DNA of 53,771 nt from Macrostomum lignano (lineage: Eukaryota). How positions within the stretch are numbered: position 1 is the stretch's first letter; every line of letters starts with the position of its first letter. Of the stretch, positions 48,120 through 53,771 are shown in pieces. The position numbers and the translations under genes are program-made. Under the pieces are notes generated by a model, which was not told where the DNA came from, did not search any database, and saw only the letters and a list, made by a program, of their open reading frames with translations. The stretch covers positions 1-53,771 of the forward strand of contig NIVC01000784.1 in assembly GCA_002269645.1 (NCBI GenBank), given 5' to 3'.

Positions 48120-48320
48120 GGCTCAGTTGCTTTCTATGAAAATTGCTGTCATATTGTGAGCGTTTTTTCTTATTAAAACGACTGTTGCTTATCGCTTGCG
48201 GCTATTGCCCTACCGCAAAAGACATTGATCACGGTGACAGACAACTGATTGGTTATCAGAGATCGATAGCTATCACCACCTCAGAGTAAAGAGTAGCAAC
48301 GGTATTCAGTGACTTCGGCC

Positions 48321-49240
48321 ATGGGTGATCAAGCTATGGACCAACTGATCGATGCGCTGGCTGCGCGCCTCAGAGCCAACGCCGACCGAGCAGCGCCACG
48401 ACTCTCGAAGCCGCCCAAGTACATACCAACGATGAATTTCAGCCTATGGCTGCAGAGTTTCAACGAGTACTGCGAGGCTGTCGGTATAGAAGAAGAAGCC
48501 AGGCGGCCGCACCTGATCGGCCTACTCGACCTCACAACAGCCTACGCTGCCGTTGATAAGCTGGACTTGGCAGACGACATCGAGTACGGGGAATTCACGG
48601 ATGCACTACTGGCGCGGTTCACCATGAACAGAACAGCCCAGGACTACCGTTTTGAATTATCGAATCGAGATCAGCTAGACAAGGAGTCTGTGGAGACCTA
48701 CGGGACGAGCTGCTGGAGTTGGTGCGCAATGCCTTCCCCACCGCGGATGCCGACACCAGGACAGAGCTGGCGAAAGACAGATTTCTAAAAGGCGTTCGAG
48801 TAACCGACACTGTCCGAGAAAGACTGTACCTGCAGCAGCCGGCCAACCTCACCGATGCCATTCGAACAGTAAGACAACTTGAAGCAGCCCAGAAGGCGTC
48901 TTCGACCCAGTCCAAAGCCAGACCCAGGGCTGGGCTGAATGCCTTTGCCACCGAAACGTCGACAGGTGACACCGGCAAAGACGAGGAGCTACGCCAACTG
49001 CGTCAAAAAGTAAAGGAAATGGAAGAAAAGATCCGACGGATGGAGCAGATGCAGCAGGGCCAGCAGGAGCCGCCCGAACCCGGCCTTCAAGACAAGCAAC
49101 AATCCAAGCAGGCGGCTCCGTCCAGCTCGAAGCAGCGTAGCGGTGTCAAGTGCTACAACTGCGGGGAGATAGGCCATCTCTCATTCCAGTGCCCAAAGCC
49201 GGGAAAAGGCAAGAGGGGCCCACCAGCTGGAGGCAAGTGA
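48321..49240 (+). CDS. gag: Gag with C-terminal CCHC zinc knuckle (one apparent 1-nt deletion at ~48703)
   Basis: MGDQAMDQLIDAL...RDQLDKESVETYG/DELLELVRNAFP...KDRFLKG...CYNCGEIGHLSFQC, stop TGA at 49238-49240. Confidence 0.9.
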
Positions 49241-49248
49241 GCCCCTGC
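49201..49248 (+). promoter_or_regulatory. Candidate -1 programmed ribosomal frameshift signal
   Basis: G GGA AAA heptamer in the gag frame, 6-nt spacer, stem AGGGGC (49214-19)/GCCCCT (49241-46); the pol ORF is in the -1 frame. Confidence 0.7.
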
Positions 49249-52200
49249 AATTCGTCAGCCTCCGAACAAGCCGTCATCTCATCTCATCATCATCAAACGC
49301 CCGGTACTGCGCCTCATCAGCATCCAGTGTCCGGTACTTCATCTCATCAGCCTCCAGTGTCCGGTACTGTGTCTCATCAGAATCCAGTGTCCGGTACTGC
49401 GTCTCATCAGCCTCCAGTGTCCGGTACAGTACCTCATCAGCATCCAGTGTCCGGTACTGCGGCTCATCAGCATCCAGTGTCCGGTACTGCGCCTCATCAG
49501 CATCCAGTGTCCGGTACAGCGTCTCATCAGCCTCCAGTGTCCGGTACTGCGTCTCATCAGCATCCAGTGTTCGGTACAGTACCTCATCAACATCCAGTGT
49601 CCGGTACTGCGTCTCATCAGCCTCCAGTGTCCGGTACAGTACCTCATCAGCATCCAGTGTCCGGTACTGCGGCTCATCAGCATCCAGTGTCCGGTACTGC
49701 GCCTCATCAGCATCCAGTGTCCGGTACAGCGTCTCATCAGCCTCCAGTGTCCGGTACTGCGTCTCGTCAGCCTCCAGTGTCCGGTACAGTACCTCATCAG
49801 CATCCAGTGTCCGGTACTGCGGCTCATCAGCATCCAGTGTCCGGTACTGCGCCTCATCAGCATCCAGTGTCCGGTACAGCGTCTCATCAGCCTCCAGTGT
49901 CCGGTACTGCGTCTCATCAGCATCCAGTGTCCGGTACTGCGCCTCATCAGCATCCAGTGTCCGGTACAGCGTCTCATCAGCCTCCAGTGTCCGGTACTGC
50001 GTCTCATCAGCATCCAGTGTTCGGTACAGTACCTCATCAACATCCAGTGTCCGGTACTGCGTCTCATCAGCCTCCAGTGTCCGGTACTGCGTCTCATCAG
50101 CCTCTAGTGTCCGGTACTGCGTCTCATCAGCCTCCAGTGTCCGGTACTGCGTCTCATCAGCATCCAGTGTCCGGTACAGTGCCTCATCAGCCTCCAGCGT
50201 CCGGTACTGCACCTCACCATCAACTAGCCGGTTTTGCACAGTCGCAGCGCCCAATCACCGTCAACGCACCTCAGTCAATTCAAATCAATCCTGCGTCGAT
50301 ATATGTTACGGCCTCAATCGCAGGGCGGAGGGTGAACGCGCTAGTGGACTCGGGAGCTTCCTGCACCATTATCTCACGGGAAGCTTACCAAAGTATGCCG
50401 AAACAGAGCGTCAGAGATTTGGCCGGTGCTGAAGGCTACGTTAGCTTAGCAAACGGCAGCCCGATCGAAATCGAGAGAACAGTCCTGTTGCGAATGTCAA
50501 TCGCTGATAAAGTAATAGATACTCCAGCCTTGGTAGTCAGCGGAGTGAAGTACCAACTGGTATTGGGATCCGACTTCTGCAGGGACAACAGTTGCGTCAT
50601 CGACTACAAGACAGCTGTCTTTTCAGTGCAGGACACTGCAATCCCGTTCCGATGGCAAGCTGAGCGCCCGATCGTTTGCAGAATTTTGGCGACAAGGTCC
50701 AGCACAATACCGCCAGGTCATCAAGCAGTTCTGTCAGCAAGGCTGGAGAGCAAAGGACGACGGAACAGAGGGTGTGTCGGCCTAACTGAGAATCTCGGGG
50801 CGAACGATTTGGCAGCTGGCCGCTGGCTTGCTAAGGCCTTAGTGATCCCAAATAGCGGCAGCCGTCTGCCGACTCGACTCATCAATATCACGGAGGAGCC
50901 AGTCAGAATTCGCCAAGGTTGTACGCTCGGGTGGTTCTGCCCCTAGAATCCACCGAACCGTTGAACACCATCAAGCTCTTAGCCGTAGAGTCAGGAGACG
51001 ATCCACAGGAAGAGCCGAAGGTCCAAGGCAGCAACAGCCCTTCGGAAGCAGACTTGCTACCAAACTCGTACGGCGACTGTGGACTGTCGACGAAAGAAGA
51101 CGAAGAATTTAGAATCCTTGTCCGGAGTTACAGCGATGTGTTCACGACCAAGCAGACTTCAAGCAAGTTAACTACCGTGGTGGAGCATGAAATTAACACC
51201 GAGAATGCGCGCCCAATCAAGATCCCACCGCGTCGTCTGCCTCCCCACTTACAGCCAGAAGTAGATCGTCAAGTCAACGAGTTGCTGGAAAAGGGGCAGA
51301 TCGAAGAAGCACAGTCACCATGGTGCTTTCCTTTGGTGTGTGTAAAGAAGAAATCAGGGGAAATGAGGATGTGCGTCGATTATCGGAAGTTGAATGAGGT
51401 CACCGTCAAGGATGCAGTGCCGATGCCGAGGGTCGATGATGCGCTGGAGGCAGTACACGGCGCCAAGATCTTCTCGACAATGGACCTTCACAGCGGGTTT
51501 TGGCAAGTAGGGGTGAGACCTCAGGATCAGGACAAGACGGCGTTTGCAGTGCCGCATCGCGGACAATTTCGATGGAAGGTTATGCCGTTCGCTTAGTGAA
51601 CAGCCCAGCAACATTCACCAGGTTGATGGCAGCCGTTCTGGACAAGCAGATGTGGAAAACCTGTCTCGTCTACATCGACGATCTACTGGTTTGGTCAACC
51701 GACGTGGATGAACACCTGAGAAGACTGGAGGAAATATTCAGCAAGTTGCGGCAAGCAAATTTGTGCCTGAAGCCCCAGAAGTGTCACTTTTTGCAAAAGC
51801 AAGTGAAATTTCTCGGTCACACGCTGTCGGCTGCTGGCATCAGTACCGATGAGGAGAAAGTTCAAGAAGTGAAGAACTGGCCAACACCGCGATCCTCGAC
51901 GGAGCTGCATTCATTCTTGGGCCTGTGTGGCTATTACAGAAAGTTTATTAAAGATTTCGCCGCAATAGCAGCGCCTCTAACTCGATTGACAACAAAAGAC
52001 GCAAAGTTTGAATGGAAAACGGAACAGCAGCTGGCGTTCGAAACATTGAAGGAACGAATGACAAGTTCAGAGGTTATGGCTCATCCGGATTTCTCCCGGA
52101 TGCCGGAGAGTTTATCCTCGATACTGATGGCAGTTCGAAGATGGGCATAGGAGCGGTACTTTCTCAAGTCCAGCCAGATGGAGCAGAACGAGTGATCGCC

Positions 52201-53771
52201 TATGGGTCCAAGACACTAAATCAAGCCGAACGCAACTATTGTATGACTCGTTTAGAACTACTAGCGGTTGTGACTTTCATCATGAAGTTCAGATACTATC
52301 TGCTTGGAAAAGCGTTCTGTCTGCGAACGGACCACAGCAGCCTGCAATGGTTAAAAAACTTCAGTGACGCCGAGGGACAGGTTGCTCGCTGGTTGGAGAG
52401 GTTGGCTCCATTTCAGTACCGCATCGTTCACAGACCAGGTCGATCGCATGGCAACGCGGACGCAATGTCGAGGAAGCCAGTGCGGAGACATTTCGGAGCG
52501 GAGACATGCCCGGCATGTGCGCAGCATCCAGAAGGACTAAATGCAGTCGAATTTAAACGATTCTCAGCCGGCAATCTGGCAAGCGAGCAGGATCAAGACG
52601 ACGATTTGAGAACAGTAAAGGAAGCGCTTGGCTCAAACCCAGTTCCAGATAAAAGCGAGACAGCTTGGAGTCCACTGGCTAGAGCCGTCTGGACTCGAAA
52701 AGACGACCTGGTGCTGCAAGAGAACGTGCTCCTTGTGAGAAACAAAGACAGGCGCGATGAGTATCAAATGGTGCTGCCACGAAAGGCATTGGATCGTATC
52801 TTGAAAACCCTACACGAGGGAGTGGGAGGTGGCCACATGGGCTTTGCGAAGACAAAATTTAAAGTGCTTCAGCGCTACTGGCGTCCAGGATTGTCTCGTG
52901 CCATTGAAGAATATATTCGCGGTTGTGCCACCTGCTGCAAGTCAAAGCCGGGCAAGCGAAACCGAGCACCCCTGCAACCGTTGACATTCGCAGCACCATT
53001 CGATTGCGTCATGATGGACATTGTCGGGCCGCTACCGCGGAGTAAGGCTGGAAACATTTATCTCCTGACAGTCCAAGATTCGTTTACGAGTGGCCTGACG
53101 CGTACCCGCTTCGCAACCAGAAGGCAAGGACGGTGGCAAGGGCGCTTTTCAATCGATGGATTAGCCAGCATGGGTGTCCGAGTACTTTGCACAGTGACCA
53201 AGGAAGAAACTTCGAATCGCAAGTGATGCGCGAAATGTGCAGGATACTCGAGATCCGCAAGTCCAGAACAACAGCTTATCATCCGAGCGGAAATGGACAA
53301 GTAGAAAACTTCAATAAAAGTTTAAAATCCATCCTCAAGTGCTGCCTAGAGGACTCAGGACGAAACGACTGGGAAGAATTCGTCAGCTCTGCGTTAATGG
53401 CGTACCGATCAAGCGTGCATCGAGCAACGGGTTATACTCCCCACTACATGGTCTATGGCACGGAGATGCGCCTACCGATAGACTTGACTGACCAGCCGCC
53501 ACAGCCTGTCGATTCGCATGTAAATTTCGTCAAGGAGCTAGAAGACAAATTGCAGACAGCTCATCGCGCTGCTCGACAGCAGTTGAATGCTTATCAGCGG
53601 GCGACAGAAGGACCAGTACGATAAAAGAACCCGAGGATCCGATATTCAGGAGGTGACCATGTCTTCGTCTACAGCCCCGCCCTGAAACCAGACGAAAGCC
53701 GCAAAGTTTCACGTAAGCTGGCTCGGCCCAGTGAAGGTGCTCGAAAGAAGATCCGAGGTGCTCTTCAAAGT
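49201..53771 (+). CDS. pol: Pol polyprotein: repeat spacer, aspartic protease, reverse transcriptase, RNase H, integrase (several 1-nt indels)
   Basis: LVDSGAS (PR); RMCVDYRKLN, MPF-LVNSPATF and LVYIDD (RT); ILDTDGS, ELLAVV and RTDH (RNase H); H..H..C..C, MDIVGP, SDQG and QVENFN (IN). Confidence 0.93.
49291..50220 (+). repeat. 30-bp coding minisatellite, ~31 copies, in frame in Gag-Pol ((H/P)PVSGT(A/V)(S/P/A)HQ)n
   Basis: Unit C(A/C)TCCAGTGTCCGGTAC(T/A)G(C/T)..CTCATCAG; the frame stays open from the frameshift site into the protease. Confidence 0.97.

Larger units (their letters stand above)
46897..53771 (+). mobile_element. Ty3/Gypsy LTR retrotransposon, 3'-truncated by the window
   Basis: LTR end and PBS, gag with CCHC, and domain order PR-RT-RNaseH-IN. 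The left boundary is inferred from the terminal inverted match and a composition change. Confidence 0.93.

Noticed and set aside
49274-50254. 326-aa acidic repeat ORF and 252-aa ORF on the minus strand
   Set aside because: Antisense readings of a stop-free 30-bp minisatellite, with no independent evidence of coding.

Overview
This is eukaryotic (metazoan invertebrate) genomic DNA with spliceosomal GT-AG introns; nothing prokaryotic is visible. A flatworm such as Macrostomum is only a weak inference. The left 38 kb is one giant minus-strand gene that runs off the left edge. Manual splicing gives signal peptide - WSC - LCCL - hemicentin/VWA7-type VWA, then a 34.5-kb tandem array of 50 near-identical phase-1/phase-1 exons of four types (A, B, C, D) encoding 63 complete and 1 partial WSC domains. 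That is about 6,800 aa in the window with no genuine stop reached. The array is built like satellite DNA: four ~2.35-kb monomers, then ~5.28-kb higher-order repeats. Its domains are strongly cationic, and every complete one carries RGD or KGD. 38.8-42.9 kb holds transposon relics (Helitron helicase, Gypsy gag, P-like transposase, a Harbinger-type MITE) and a 38-bp minisatellite. 43.6-45.3 kb is a 3-exon, 146-aa four-EF-hand gene with a CORE-type SINE in intron 2. From about 46.9 kb to the right edge is a Ty3/Gypsy LTR retrotransposon with a 47-nt tRNA-Lys primer-binding site, a candidate -1 frameshift signal and two 30-bp minisatellites, one in frame in Gag-Pol. Many single-base indels look like long-read consensus errors. 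No databases were searched: domain calls come from recognised motifs and counts were made by hand.
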